Virus record (IMG/VR): IMGVR_UViG_3300029998_000597
DNA length: 64,000 nt
Strand: one strand, 5' to 3'
Origin: a virus
Taxonomy: Duplodnaviria; Caudoviricetes
Translations under genes and position numbers: made by a program
The notes under the pieces: model-generated
What the model was told of the DNA's origin: nothing
The model's database searches: none
Seen by the model: the letters and a program-made list of their open reading frames with translations, nothing else
Part shown: positions 9,428 through 19,835 of the stretch, piece by piece
How positions within the stretch are numbered: the first letter of the stretch is position 1
How the letters are laid out: each line of letters opens with the position of its first letter

Positions 9428-11548
9428 TTATTTTTTACGAGACTTTTTAGTGATTTCTTTTAGTAACTTCTTATCATCAATTACGATTTCAGCTTCTTCG
9501 TTAATTACAGCTGTTTTAATTAAATAACTTTCAAGCTTGTTTGCTAATTCCATCGTGTCTTCATTCAGTAAAAATGCACTATCAAATATAGGGGTTACCG
9601 TAACTTCCTCCTCGACTGGCTTTCTACTTTCTTTTACGTGTTTAACGTATGCATCGAAATAAACATTTTTGCGTCGAATTTCAGTTAGTGATTGTTTTGT
9701 TTTCGCTTCGTTTAATAACTTATCAATATCACGTTTATATGATTCCATTGGTTTGTCTGTTACAGGGGTTTCTTCTGGTGCTGGCGCCTCTGCTGCTGGA
9801 GCATCTCCACCAATAGGTGGCATTCCACCGCCATCTCCACCGCTCATATCTGGTGCTTCCGAATCACTCATTTCTTCTCCACCGCCAAAGGTATCATCTC
9901 CACCACTCATTCCTCCGCCTCCACCAGCGCCTCCGCCCATAGCATCTTCTCCACCCATACCATCTGAAACATATTCAGCGTTTGCATCTCCATATAATTT
10001 ATCAATTTTATCAAAAAATCCAGTACGTTTAATAATTTGGTCGGTTTTTGTAAGTTCAGATGCTAATGCTCGTTCCATACGTATTTCCATCATATTATCA
10101 GTAATTTCTTCATCGGACCAACCCATAATTTCCCTTTGTGCTCTGGTAAGTGACATAATTTGCATACCATTACCAACATCTCTTACTGAGTCAGTTACTA
10201 ATGCAACTTTTTTAGATAACTCTTCTAATTTAAGAATCTCCGATTGAGTTGAAGGTGAATTCATGGTAATCTTAAAATTATTTAGATCATCCCTAAATCC
10301 GTTTAAATATAAATGAATAACAGCTATTTTTGTTAATTCCATTATAATAGATTGTTGTATTCTATTAATGGTTCTAGTAAACCTAATATCTTTTAATGCA
10401 AGATTCTTGCCGTTACCTGCTGATTGTTCATAATTTAAAAACTCACCTGGTATGCGAAGAGCTACCATTAATTTATTTTGAAAATATTTTAAATCTTCAA
10501 TTTTATCCAGGTTTGATGCTCCTGCTAATACTTCAATTGGACTTGCCTCGCCTACTGTTCTAATTGGAATTACAAAATCCTGTGAAACATCAAGAAAGTT
10601 TTTTCTTAAATCAAGTTGACCAGTCAATGGGTCAATAATCGGCATTCTTTTAATAGTATTTGCTATTTCATTCAAATATGCAGGAACATCAGCATCGTCA
10701 ATACCACCAACAAATACCTTGAAAACTCTACGTTCCATACTCCTTTCAAGCCTGTATATTAACATTTGATCTTCCATCATAGTTAAAATTCTCCAATGTC
10801 TACGTGCTTTATTTAGATAACTCGTACCATATGGAATAAAAGTTGAATCGGTTAATAGCCTAAAGTGTGCTATTTGCCAATTTTGAAAAGGAATTGAACC
10901 ATTTGCAGCCGCCCATACAAATTGTGTACTTTCATCTTTATTGGTTGCGCTGGGGTTTATAAATGAAGAAGAATATCCATTTTCTACCCTTTCTACTTCA
11001 TAAATTGGAAGCTGTCTTGCACCAACAATTCCATTATCAGCTGTAATATTCATCATTGCAAAACAATTACCATATTTAACCATTGAACGTGTCCACATTG
11101 GTATATTTATATGACCATCTAATCTATTAACAAATAAATCTTCTAAAATACCTTTAATACGCTTTGAACTTGATGTTATATTAAGTATTTGACCTTTAGT
11201 ATTTAAACAAGTACATTCTTCAGCTACTAAATCAAGTGCGGCCCCAATCTCAGGATAGTTATCCATTAAATCACAATCCCTATACATCAATTTAAGATTT
11301 GATGTTACCATTGTTGATTGTTGAGCAATATTTGTACCTGCCTTTAGCCATTGACCTGCCAGGAGTTTTTCTTGACTCATTTGGGTTTTAACTCGATCGT
11401 ATTCAACTTGATCTTTTGCTACATAGAGTGGTTCTTGATTTGGAAAATTATAAGAATTAATTTTCTTAACTTGAGTTTGAATGTTTTTATCGAAACCTGT
11501 AAAAAGTGCCGAACTCAAATCTTGGAATATTGTTGTTTTAGTTGCCAT
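9428..11548 (-). CDS. gp20: Portal vertex protein (T4 gp20-like)
   Basis: YRDCDLMDNYPEIGAALD, KYGN.F, IAHFRL, PYGTSYL.KARR.WR.L..MED.MLIYR..R..ERRVF, EDLKYFQNKL..AL.IP; G/M/D/P-rich C-terminal tail. Confidence 0.92.
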   Translation of the reverse strand: MATKTTIFQDLSSALFTGFDKNIQTQVKKINSYNFPNQEPLYVAKDQVEYDRVKTQMSQEKLLAGQWLKAGTNIAQQSTMVTSNLKLMYRDCDLMDNYPEIGAALDLVAEECTCLNTKGQILNITSSSKRIKGILEDLFVNRLDGHINIPMWTRSMVKYGNCFAMMNITADNGIVGARQLPIYEVERVENGYSSSFINPSATNKDESTQFVWAAANGSIPFQNWQIAHFRLLTDSTFIPYGTSYLNKARRHWRILTMMEDQMLIYRLERSMERRVFKVFVGGIDDADVPAYLNEIANTIKRMPIIDPLTGQLDLRKNFLDVSQDFVIPIRTVGEASPIEVLAGASNLDKIEDLKYFQNKLMVALRIPGEFLNYEQSAGNGKNLALKDIRFTRTINRIQQSIIMELTKIAVIHLYLNGFRDDLNNFKITMNSPSTQSEILKLEELSKKVALVTDSVRDVGNGMQIMSLTRAQREIMGWSDEEITDNMMEIRMERALASELTKTDQIIKRTGFFDKIDKLYGDANAEYVSDGMGGEDAMGGGAGGGGGMSGGDDTFGGGEEMSDSEAPDMSGGDGGGMPPIGGDAPAAEAPAPEETPVTDKPMESYKRDIDKLLNEAKTKQSLTEIRRKNVYFDAYVKHVKESRKPVEEEVTVTPIFDSAFLLNEDTMELANKLESYLIKTAVINEEAEIVIDDKKLLKEITKKSRKK

Positions 11549-11600
11549 TGTATGTTTATTTATATAAATATGATAGTTTAATTTATTTCATTTTAAATAG

Positions 11601-13487
11601 TTATCTGAACTGACCAAAAAATGACATTCCCATAATATTTATCATTTTATTTGGATCATTTTGTGCTGAATTAATATTAATCGTCGTTTTTAATGTATTA
11701 CCAGTATAAAATGGTAGTGGTATTTTATTTGCTTTAGTTTTTGAATCTAACACGACTTTATTAGCCATAATATTTTGAATTAATATCATTGATGTTAATA
11801 TAGCTTTCGTCTTCTCCTTGGCCGCTTGTAATTTTTTAAACGAGAATTCGAGGATATAAAGACCCATTGCCATCGATGTAATGGTATCATCATGGTAACC
11901 AGATTGATGGTCTGGACGTCCGTTTTTCCAAATAAATGTTGTTAATTCCTGTGTAAACCTTTTAGATCGAGGAGTTATTTCATTAAATCGAAGCATTTTT
12001 TCTAAATTCATTAGCATTTGCATACGTACAGATGATGCTCTAAACCCTGGCATTTTTTTATCTACACTCTCATTATAATTATTACCATTATTTTCAACTG
12101 TTACATTTTTCAAATTAGGATCATCGTAATATAAATTTGGGTAGTTTAATTCTTGTAACTTCAAAATAGCAGCATCCCCACTTGAGCCTATACAATCAAC
12201 AACTGCTAATGCATTTCCATAATAAATACCATATTGATTAATTAATTCACCAAGTATATCGCCTTGTATTTTACCTTGATATTCGAAAACCTGTTCTATG
12301 TTTGCGTGACCATTTTCATCAATATAATCAACATCCAATATATGTATAACAGATGAGTCTTCCCCAGATCCAGTAGCAACATCGGATGTTAATAAATATC
12401 TATGCCCATCGATTGGTTCTCTAAAAATCCAAGCTTCTTTAAAAAAATTATCTATATAAAGTGGTTCACGAGTATTTGTTATTCTGTGATATTCTGTTAT
12501 TTCTGAATCAACAACCGAACCCCCTGAACCTAAAAACGAAACATCAAGTTCCTGAGAAATTTTCTTTTTGTCGTTATTATAACGGCTACACATACCAGCG
12601 TACCAAGATGATGATGGTGAGTAGCCTTTCTTTACCATTGACTCCCAATGTTCCTCATTATATTCAATCGTACCGCTACTATCTAAAACTGGTTCGAAGA
12701 TTATATCAGTTTTACCATTTTCCTTATTGTATTTTGACCAAGATAAATTTTTATTATATCTAAGATCTTGATACCATCTAAATTCAGTAACCTTAAAGTT
12801 ATTTTCTTTTTTTATTGCTTTTGAATATACACTATAAAATATTTGATCGAATCCATTTGGTGTTGAACAGTAAATTACACTTTTTGCGGAAGATGCAGTA
12901 GTACTAATAGCACTGGTAATTGTACCAGGTGTTTCAATAAAACTTGCTTCATCAAATAGAATTCTGGAAATAGCCGAACACCCACGACTCGCATTTGGTC
13001 CAGCACTTCGGGCATAAACCTTTGACCCCTTAGTTAATATTAAATATTTTTCATTTGCCTTTTTAAATATTGCTTTTGGATCTTTTGGACCACCGAGTTC
13101 AGTTGGTTTATATTCTTCACCCCAAAACCACCAAGGTATTTGTTCTAAAAAATCTTTGATTTTCATTAGATTTTCCTTGGATAAATCTAAGTTATTTGCT
13201 ATTAATAGAATATTTTCTGGTATTTTATCATCGGCAAGCGCAATTTCAACTGCAAATTTCGCACAGGTTACCGTAGAAATACCAGCCTGACGATATTTAT
13301 TTGAGATATTTTCTATGTTTTCGCTTAGATTTATTAGATATTCTTGTTGTTTTGGAAATAATTTTAATGGAACTGTGTTATTTTGCGTAGCATCAAACGT
13401 CGATAGATAATTCTCAATCATATAGATACGAGACTTATCCTGCCAACACTTCCGATACTCTTCTACTATTTGTTTATCTGAAATCAT
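11601..13487 (-). CDS. terL: Terminase large subunit (T4 gp17-like)
   Basis: Walker A KYRQAGIST, Walker B ILFDEASFI, STPNG, nuclease motifs SDVATGSGEDSS and HDDTITSMAM. Confidence 0.93.
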   Translation of the reverse strand: MISDKQIVEEYRKCWQDKSRIYMIENYLSTFDATQNNTVPLKLFPKQQEYLINLSENIENISNKYRQAGISTVTCAKFAVEIALADDKIPENILLIANNLDLSKENLMKIKDFLEQIPWWFWGEEYKPTELGGPKDPKAIFKKANEKYLILTKGSKVYARSAGPNASRGCSAISRILFDEASFIETPGTITSAISTTASSAKSVIYCSTPNGFDQIFYSVYSKAIKKENNFKVTEFRWYQDLRYNKNLSWSKYNKENGKTDIIFEPVLDSSGTIEYNEEHWESMVKKGYSPSSSWYAGMCSRYNNDKKKISQELDVSFLGSGGSVVDSEITEYHRITNTREPLYIDNFFKEAWIFREPIDGHRYLLTSDVATGSGEDSSVIHILDVDYIDENGHANIEQVFEYQGKIQGDILGELINQYGIYYGNALAVVDCIGSSGDAAILKLQELNYPNLYYDDPNLKNVTVENNGNNYNESVDKKMPGFRASSVRMQMLMNLEKMLRFNEITPRSKRFTQELTTFIWKNGRPDHQSGYHDDTITSMAMGLYILEFSFKKLQAAKEKTKAILTSMILIQNIMANKVVLDSKTKANKIPLPFYTGNTLKTTININSAQNDPNKMINIMGMSFFGQFR

Positions 13488-13501
13488 TTATATTTTTATT
13501 A

Positions 13502-14677
13502 TTATGCAATTACCCAACCTAACATAGGTTGTGTTCTTTTTATTTGCAACGCTGATTCAGCGATTGCAGCCATAGTTTCCATTTGAGCCTTTGGCATCAT
13601 TCTGGTTAATCTTTCAGTTAATTCTGTGATTACAATTAATTTTTCTGATTTACCTTGTTCAAGCATTATCATGTAATCAATTGAAACAGCTGCGTCTGGA
13701 ACTCCCATATTACCAGAAAATCTACCAAAAATATTACCTATTGTTTGTTTCGCTTCTGCAACTAATAATTGCCTAATTAAAACTTTAGTTGGGTCGTTAA
13801 GCAACGAATAATCTATTTTACTTAAAGGTACTTGGTCTGGCGTTAAAATAACGTCTGGATTTAATCTTCGACATTTTTTAGCGTCTTTTTCGTTCTTTGT
13901 TTCATAATATGTATAAAAACAAGTTGAATTAGCTATACCTGTTGCTCCGTCTGGCCCTACTGACCCATATGGATAGCTAAATGATAAATTTGAACCAGGT
14001 GTTGAAAGTAGGTGTAGTATCTTGGTTCCATTTGGTCCACCTGTTACTTTATAAGTAATATCAGCTCCACTTATCAAGTTTGCTTTCATTTTCATATCTG
14101 TTGCCATTAACATTGTATCAAAAGCTGGCATAACAAAAGAACCTGAAGAGCCATATCCACCAATACCCCCACCTACTTGTGACATTCCATCACCCATTCC
14201 CATCCCCATAACTCCACCCATACCCATATTCATTCCTATACCACCATATGCCCCATTAACAGCTGCTGGTGTTGTATTAAATGCAAATCTTAAGATTTTA
14301 TTAATTTCTCTATTTGCTGGGATTAAATAATTTTGATTTCCTGGCTCTATCGTGATGAAATCTTCTTTTAATTCCCAAGGCCCTCTTTGTTGTAATCCTA
14401 CCTCTTTTGAGAAATAATATGAATAATCTTTAGCATAATCAAAAGTCCTCGTACTGAAAGCAAATGCAAAATCAGTTGTTGATATTTCTTTACCATATAC
14501 AGATGACCACTGAGCTTCAACTAATAAATTCTGAGTTATGGTCGCATAATCCTCCACACAGGTACCCAACAATGTAAGTAAATCATCATCTGTTAATGGG
14601 ACACTACGAACACTACCACCTATCTTAACTCTTACTTGTTTAAATAATTCTTTAACATCTGCATCTATTTTTGCCAT
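13502..14677 (-). CDS. Neck/head-completion protein (gp13-like)
   Basis: Position upstream of terminase; VR..IGG...V.LTDD.L N-terminus, A.AKQTIG..FGRFSG C-terminal motif; start at MAKIDAD (14677) preferred over 14716. Confidence 0.6.
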   Translation of the reverse strand: MAKIDADVKELFKQVRVKIGGSVRSVPLTDDDLLTLLGTCVEDYATITQNLLVEAQWSSVYGKEISTTDFAFAFSTRTFDYAKDYSYYFSKEVGLQQRGPWELKEDFITIEPGNQNYLIPANREINKILRFAFNTTPAAVNGAYGGIGMNMGMGGVMGMGMGDGMSQVGGGIGGYGSSGSFVMPAFDTMLMATDMKMKANLISGADITYKVTGGPNGTKILHLLSTPGSNLSFSYPYGSVGPDGATGIANSTCFYTYYETKNEKDAKKCRRLNPDVILTPDQVPLSKIDYSLLNDPTKVLIRQLLVAEAKQTIGNIFGRFSGNMGVPDAAVSIDYMIMLEQGKSEKLIVITELTERLTRMMPKAQMETMAAIAESALQIKRTQPMLGWVIA

Positions 14678-14751
14678 ATTGGTCAGTTTATTTACTATAA
14701 ATAGTTCGTTTTTCATATTTATTCCAATTTGGACTTGTTTTTATTGGTATT

Positions 14752-15689
14752 TTAATTTAATAGATTTTTCAGTTTATCGCTTATAACTTCTTTATATGAT
14801 ATACGTATCAATTCTATATTGTTAAGTAAACAGTAATTATTTTTAACTTCATCACGTTTTTTGTTTCAATTAAAGCTATTTCTCCACCCCAATGCGGATT
14901 TTGAATAAAATGTTGTCTACCATCATATTCAACACAAATATTTAAATTAGGTAGATAAAAATCAAAAAATAATTTTCTATTCGTTTCGGGATTTCTACAA
15001 TCATCAAAACTTCTTTGTCTATTATAAATAATATTATTAGTTTTAAAGAATTCTTCGGTTGCTTTTTGACCTTTAGAATTAATTAAATTAACACAAGAAG
15101 GGCAACCTTTACTCGCTAAGTGATTATATGGCATTTGCCAAAATTCACCATGAATTTGGCAAATTATACAAACCTTAGTTCTATTATTTACATATTCAAC
15201 CAATGAATAATCATATTTATCTCCATGAATTAACCTTGATTTTTCAATAAATTTATATTTATCATCTACTTGGTCTCTTATATGATCATCAATAGAACAC
15301 TTTGTACAACCATGTCCACTTAAATGACTGTCTGGCGTTTGCAAAAATCCGCCATGAATAGGACATATTATAATTACAGTCTCTTTTGCTGTTTTATAAA
15401 TAGCTTTAGAATAATCATATCTATTTCCGTGGACTAATTTTGCTTTTATTATAAAGTCTTCTGCTAATTTTTTAGCACGTTGAATGTGTTTTCCTAATTT
15501 ACCAGAACATCTGTTACAGTCGTGACCAGCTAAGTGGTTGTATGGGGTTTGATAGAATGAACCATGTATTTGACATATAATTTCAATTTTCATATCAATA
15601 CCCTTATAATCTGATTTAGAATAATCATATTTATTACCGTGAACTAAGTGAGCTCTTTCGATAAATTCACTTGTTGTTAACTTTCTCAT
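14752..15689 (-). CDS. Homing-type endonuclease with three DUF723-like Zn repeats and C-terminal PD-(D/E)xK (Vsr/DUF559-like) domain; -1 frameshift near the 3' end
   Basis: Repeats HGNKYDYSK..Y......V.IICPIHG.F.Q.P..HL.G..C..C; LFFDFYLP.LNICVEYDG.QH; conserved tail RDEVKNNYCLLNNIELIRISY continues in the -1 frame after A6 run (14857-14862), stop at 14752-14754. Confidence 0.75.
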
Positions 15690-15828
15690 TTTGGATATCT
15701 TCCTCTATTAAAATCTTTATTCTTTTATTTAAGGAATAACCCTTTTTATCACAATGAGATTTAAACTCGTTTTTTAATTCTCTTTTAATTCTAATAGGTA
15801 GAATAACATCTTTTTCTTTTATCATCAT
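15667..15828 (-). CDS. Small ribbon-helix-helix (Arc/CopG-like) DNA-binding protein
   Basis: ILPIRIKRELKNEFKSHCDKKGYSLNKRIKILIEEDI; overlaps the start of the endonuclease; TATTTATA upstream (15852-15859). Confidence 0.65.
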   Translation of the reverse strand: MMIKEKDVILPIRIKRELKNEFKSHCDKKGYSLNKRIKILIEEDIQNEKVNNK

Positions 15829-15920
15829 ATGTGTATTATATTTAATATACATATAAATAGAACCCAAAACAGAAAAATTCACAATTATTAAATTTTATTT
15901 TTATTGATAATTAAAATAAC

Positions 15921-15951
15921 TTGTTTTTACCATATATTATCAGTACATTTG
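15921..15951 (+). promoter_or_regulatory. Bacteroidota-type early promoter
   Basis: TTGTTTTTAC...GTACATTTG with TTG-N20-TAnnTTTG spacing; second TACTTTTG at 15993-16000. Confidence 0.7.
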
Positions 15952-16029
15952 TAATAAATGTTAAAGCATTTTGAAATAACAACTGTTTTATCTACTTTTG
16001 TCAAATAAAATAATTAAAAAATAATATAA

Positions 16030-16407
16030 ATGAATCTGAAAAGACTGTCACTGACAAAAATAGCTAAGGATTATAATGTTAAATTAGGTAAAATAGATGA
16101 TAATGGTATGGATAGAGATTTGGTTGGTGAGCTTAATTATGGTGTATCTTACATACCACAAAGGTTAATTTTCTTGGGTGATTTTGAATCGATAGATATT
16201 AAAGTATGTACATTCTTTCATGAACTAGGACATATATTAGATACGGGTAGGTACAATTGTAATAAACCAGAGCGTGTGTATTTAATGGAAAATAGAGCTT
16301 GGAATATTGGATTTGAAAAAATGGTTAAATATGGTATAACCCCAACAAAACCAATGGTTAATTTTAAAGAATTTTGTTTGGTTGGTTATAAAGAAAATAT
16401 AATATGA
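16030..16407 (+). CDS. HEXXH zinc-metallopeptidase-like protein (ImmA/IrrE-like)
   Basis: TFFHELGHILD followed by E.RAW. Confidence 0.55.
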   Translation: MNLKRLSLTKIAKDYNVKLGKIDDNGMDRDLVGELNYGVSYIPQRLIFLGDFESIDIKVCTFFHELGHILDTGRYNCNKPERVYLMENRAWNIGFEKMVKYGITPTKPMVNFKEFCLVGYKENII

Positions 16408-16616
16408 AAACATACGACCTTGTAGATAAATTTTGTTATATTGCCGACTGCGCTAATGCTCCTTATGAAACCATAACTGCTGAAAGCGTTGGTAAGGCAA
16501 AGGCTAAATATCACGAACGTTATAGTGAATATCCATATGTTGATATATTATGTAGGGTAAGTAAAAAAGGTAGTTATAATGCACCTTATAATATTCCTTA
16601 TTTTAACGTTTATTAA
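16404..16616 (+). CDS. Small hypothetical early protein
   Basis: Translationally coupled ORF; ITAESVGKAK motif. Confidence 0.55.
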   Translation: MKTYDLVDKFCYIADCANAPYETITAESVGKAKAKYHERYSEYPYVDILCRVSKKGSYNAPYNIPYFNVY

Positions 16617-16746
16617 ATATGAAAAAGAAGATTGCTCAGATGGAAATCGTGTGGTAAGTAGTTACTCATGTAATACTTGTAGAACTAAAAGTGGTTGTTC
16701 AACATGTAACGGTAGGTGGGATTAAAATCAAATAAATATATATAAT

Positions 16747-16899
16747 ATGGAAAGAGAAAACGGGTATTATTGGGTGAAACTATTTGGCGTGAAGGATCAT
16801 TGGACTATTTGCTATTTCGATGTAAATAAAAAATGGTATTCTGATCTTACTGTTATTCACCCATCGGAAATAGATGAAAATCAAATTATAAGAAAATAA
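16747..16899 (+). CDS. Small hypothetical protein (MERENGYYWVKLFG..., 50 aa; not in ORF track)
   Basis: ATG 16747, TAA 16897-16899 abutting the next start codon. Confidence 0.5.
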   Translation: MERENGYYWVKLFGVKDHWTICYFDVNKKWYSDLTVIHPSEIDENQIIRK

Positions 16900-17139
16900 A
16901 TGAGTAATATTAATTTATACAGAAATAAAGAAAACGGAATGTTATACACATTAGAACATTTAGTGCACGATATAAAACATCTAAATGGAAATGCGTTTCG
17001 TGGAATATATCCAAAAGTATATTGTAACCATGTTGAATTAACACCATATACGTTTGAAAATTGTCAAAATAATGATGAAGCATACGAACCAGAGAAATAT
17101 ATTAAGGATAATTTTGAAATAATAGCTGAAATATATTAA
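16900..17139 (+). CDS. Small hypothetical protein
   Basis: 79-aa ORF in tightly packed early operon. Confidence 0.55.
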   Translation: MSNINLYRNKENGMLYTLEHLVHDIKHLNGNAFRGIYPKVYCNHVELTPYTFENCQNNDEAYEPEKYIKDNFEIIAEIY

Positions 17140-17162
17140 AAATATAATAAAACAACAAATAA

Positions 17163-17591
17163 ATGAAAAACGAATTATTAAACTTGATTAAGAAAGCAAT
17201 GCTTTCAAAAAACAAACCAGAACTTGGAGCTTTTAGAGCTATTAAAACAAAATTTATGGAATTTGAAAATTCTAAAGATACGCCTGTTCTAACTGAAGTA
17301 GAGGAAATTAGAATTCTCAATAAAATGGTAAAAGAAAGAATGGAATCTGCTTCTATCTATTTTGGGTGTAATAGGCCAGAATTAGCTGAGAATGAATTTG
17401 TTGAAGCTGAAATTATTAAACGGTATTTACCAAAAGAAGCTTCAAAAGAAGATATTGAAACATTTGTTTTAACTTTACAACCATTTACCCAAAAAGAAAT
17501 GGGTTCAATCATCGCTGAGGTTAAAACAAAATTTCTTGGTGCTGATGGAAAACTTGTTTCAGAAATCGTTAAATCAAATATGACATTATAA
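17163..17591 (+). CDS. yqeY: GatB/YqeY domain protein
   Basis: IKKAMLSK.K..L..FRAIK..F, KMVKER.ESA.IY....RPELAENE..EAEIIKRYLP, KEMG......K.K..GADGKLVSEIVK. Confidence 0.85.
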   Translation: MKNELLNLIKKAMLSKNKPELGAFRAIKTKFMEFENSKDTPVLTEVEEIRILNKMVKERMESASIYFGCNRPELAENEFVEAEIIKRYLPKEASKEDIETFVLTLQPFTQKEMGSIIAEVKTKFLGADGKLVSEIVKSNMTL

Positions 17592-17592
17592 T

Positions 17593-17784
17593 ATGACATA
17601 TAAAAGAATAATATGTACAGCTAAGCAATATATAGAAGAAAAATGTACAGATAAAGCTAGAGTCTTCATGGTTGATATAATGGTAAATACACAAGAAGAT
17701 AGAGTAGTTATTGAACAAGCTATAAAAGATGGTAAGATTATAATGAATGGTAATAAAATATTATTGGTAACTGAAATAAAATAA
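17593..17784 (+). CDS. Small hypothetical protein
   Basis: 63-aa ORF in operon context. Confidence 0.45.
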   Translation: MTYKRIICTAKQYIEEKCTDKARVFMVDIMVNTQEDRVVIEQAIKDGKIIMNGNKILLVTEIK

Positions 17785-17909
17785 AAATATGGGAAAAAAT
17801 TATTATACAACAACACAGGATTTACATACAGTTGGAAGTGGTGATATTAAGGTTCAGATAGTGCATTGTATCGACGATGATAATATAACTTGGGATGGTA
17901 ATGGCTTAA

Positions 17910-18167
17910 ATGATTGTGATGACGATGAATAATATGGAACCAACATTTTTAGAATTACACACAAAATCGTTTGAATATGATGGTTTTTGGGTAAATACTT
18001 ATAGGGAAACTGTACTTTATAATATTGAAACAAGATATACTAATGATGTATTAAAAGAATGGACTATTACCGACATATTACCAAATAAAAACGATTTTTT
18101 GATCAAATGGTCTAAAAGATATATTCCATTGACGGATGAAGAAGTAGAAGAAAAATATAATAGATAA
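17910..18167 (+). CDS. Small hypothetical protein
   Basis: 85-aa ORF; true start possibly at 17928 or 17934. Confidence 0.45.
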   Translation: MIVMTMNNMEPTFLELHTKSFEYDGFWVNTYRETVLYNIETRYTNDVLKEWTITDILPNKNDFLIKWSKRYIPLTDEEVEEKYNR

Positions 18168-18187
18168 TATAATTAAACAAACTAAAA

Positions 18188-18300
18188 TATGAAATGTTCT
18201 CATTTCAATTATGAGCAGTTTCTAAAAACATAGTAAACTATGAAATTAATTTGTAATTTTTATGATTACTGGGTTTACTGATAAACCCTCTATCCCGTCC
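18188..18300 (-). ncRNA. Putative omegaRNA / right-end region of the TnpB element
   Basis: Hairpins just after the stop on the minus strand (CATAGT-TT-ACTATG; TGAAATG-AGAA-CATTTCA); TnpB omegaRNAs are known to overlap the ORF 3' end; boundary not determinable. Confidence 0.4.
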
Positions 18301-19514
18301 GAAAAAACATTCGGGATTGCTTTTCTTAATATATTATAACTACCATTCACATCTGCATTTATATAAGTATTTTCTTTCTTAATTTTATATAAACCTCTAT
18401 ATTTACGATATCCACTGAACTCTGGTTCAGTTTTTATTTTTTCATAAACAGGAATCTTATCTAAGTTAAGAAATGATGCTTTACTTGTATAACTCTCTTC
18501 TTGTAGTATAATATTTATTCCCTCTTTTTCGCATTTATAAACAACCATATTTATAAATCTACTGTGGGGAATGTTAACGAAGTTCTGATTAGTGTCTTTT
18601 CTCATATTGGAATCTTGTTTCCAACCATCGTTCTTGCCGATAATTACGGTGTTAATTTCTTTTTCTTTTACAAAGTCAATAATTAATTTGCTCGCTTTAT
18701 GTAGATAATTATCTACTTTTCTATTCCTTTTATTTGTTACTTTTCTAAGTTTTTTACTTGTTTTCTTTTTATTTCTTATTTCTAAAACTGTTTTATATTC
18801 AGCTATTTTCTTATTATAAAACTGATTAATAGATTTTAATGGTTTACCATTAATAATAATAGGATTTATATCTTTAACGTTACTTGTAATAGTTGCTAAA
18901 TTATTAACACCTAAATCTAAACTAATATATCTATTATTGTTTTCTAATTTAGGTTTGTCGGGAACTGTATAAACAACCTCAATTACATAATGGTCTAAAT
19001 GCGGAACAATACGCACCATATTAATATTTTCCTTTTTAGAACTAATTTCTATATTAGTTTTTGAAAGAGCAACTATGCCATGTTTAAGCCGTTTTTTAGA
19101 AATAGCACCTTTTTCGTAAATGGTTATAAACCTACCATAAGTTTTATTTAAATACTTAGGAAGAGCTGGTTTGCCGTTATATTTTGTTTTATTTTTTGAA
19201 TAATTTTTAATAGATTTAAAAAATGATTTCCAATTCCTGTCCAAAGTCATTAAAGTTTGATTAGAAACCTTAATTGGTAATTGGTACATATCAAACTGTT
19301 TATTATCAATTAATATTCGATTAATCGCATTATAATTTAAATAGTTAGCAAAAGTACGAACACCTTGTTCTTTTTCTTTAAAAGTATTTATAAACTCATT
19401 GCGAACAATGTAATTAGCATAATTGTAAAGATTCTTCGATTTAAAACATAAACCATTACATTCAGAAAAAAGTGAATGAGATTTATTGATAATATGTTTT
19501 TCTACTAATTGCAT
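18246..19514 (-). mobile_element. tnpB: IS200/IS605-family TnpB RNA-guided endonuclease, solo (no tnpA/resolvase nearby)
   Basis: MQLVEKHII N-terminus, SKNLYN.ANY, RuvC-I SLDLGVNNLA, NQFYNK, YLHKAS, QEESYTSK, RuvC-III NADVNGSYNI. Confidence 0.9.
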
Positions 19515-19609
19515 TATTTATTTTCGGTGTATACACTTATTATTTTAATATAAATAGATATAAAATCTCAAAAATTAAATTTTATTTAAATTATTTACCG
19601 CTATTTTAA

Positions 19610-19640
19610 CAAATGTACGTTTAAAAAATTAGAAAAACAA
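19610..19640 (-). promoter_or_regulatory. Bacteroidota-type early promoter pointing into tnpB
   Basis: Minus strand TTGTTTTTCT...GTACATTTG, TTG-N20-TAnnTTTG. Confidence 0.65.
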
Positions 19641-19689
19641 GTTATTTCAAAATTTATTTTAGATATTTTGTTATTTTAACAATTAAAAC

Positions 19690-19720
19690 TTGTTTTTCTC
19701 AAATATTACCCGTACATTTG
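19690..19720 (+). promoter_or_regulatory. Bacteroidota-type early promoter upstream of the tRNA array
   Basis: TTGTTTTTCTC...GTACATTTG; TATTTATA motif also at 19803-19810. Confidence 0.7.
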
Positions 19721-19835
19721 TGTAGAATTTAAAACAAAATAAATTATTTTTAAAATAAATGAAAATAATTTGAAAATAAAATGAATTTTTAAAATAATAA
19801 ACTATTTATATTAAAATAATAATAAAAAACTAATA

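Noticed and set aside
9669-10247. 192-aa Pro/Ser-rich plus-strand ORF
   Set aside because: Shadow of the Gly-rich low-complexity portal tail on the opposite strand
3218-13487. Inteins or introns in DNA polymerase and terminase
   Set aside because: Both ORFs are continuous, with no Hint or LAGLIDADG motifs
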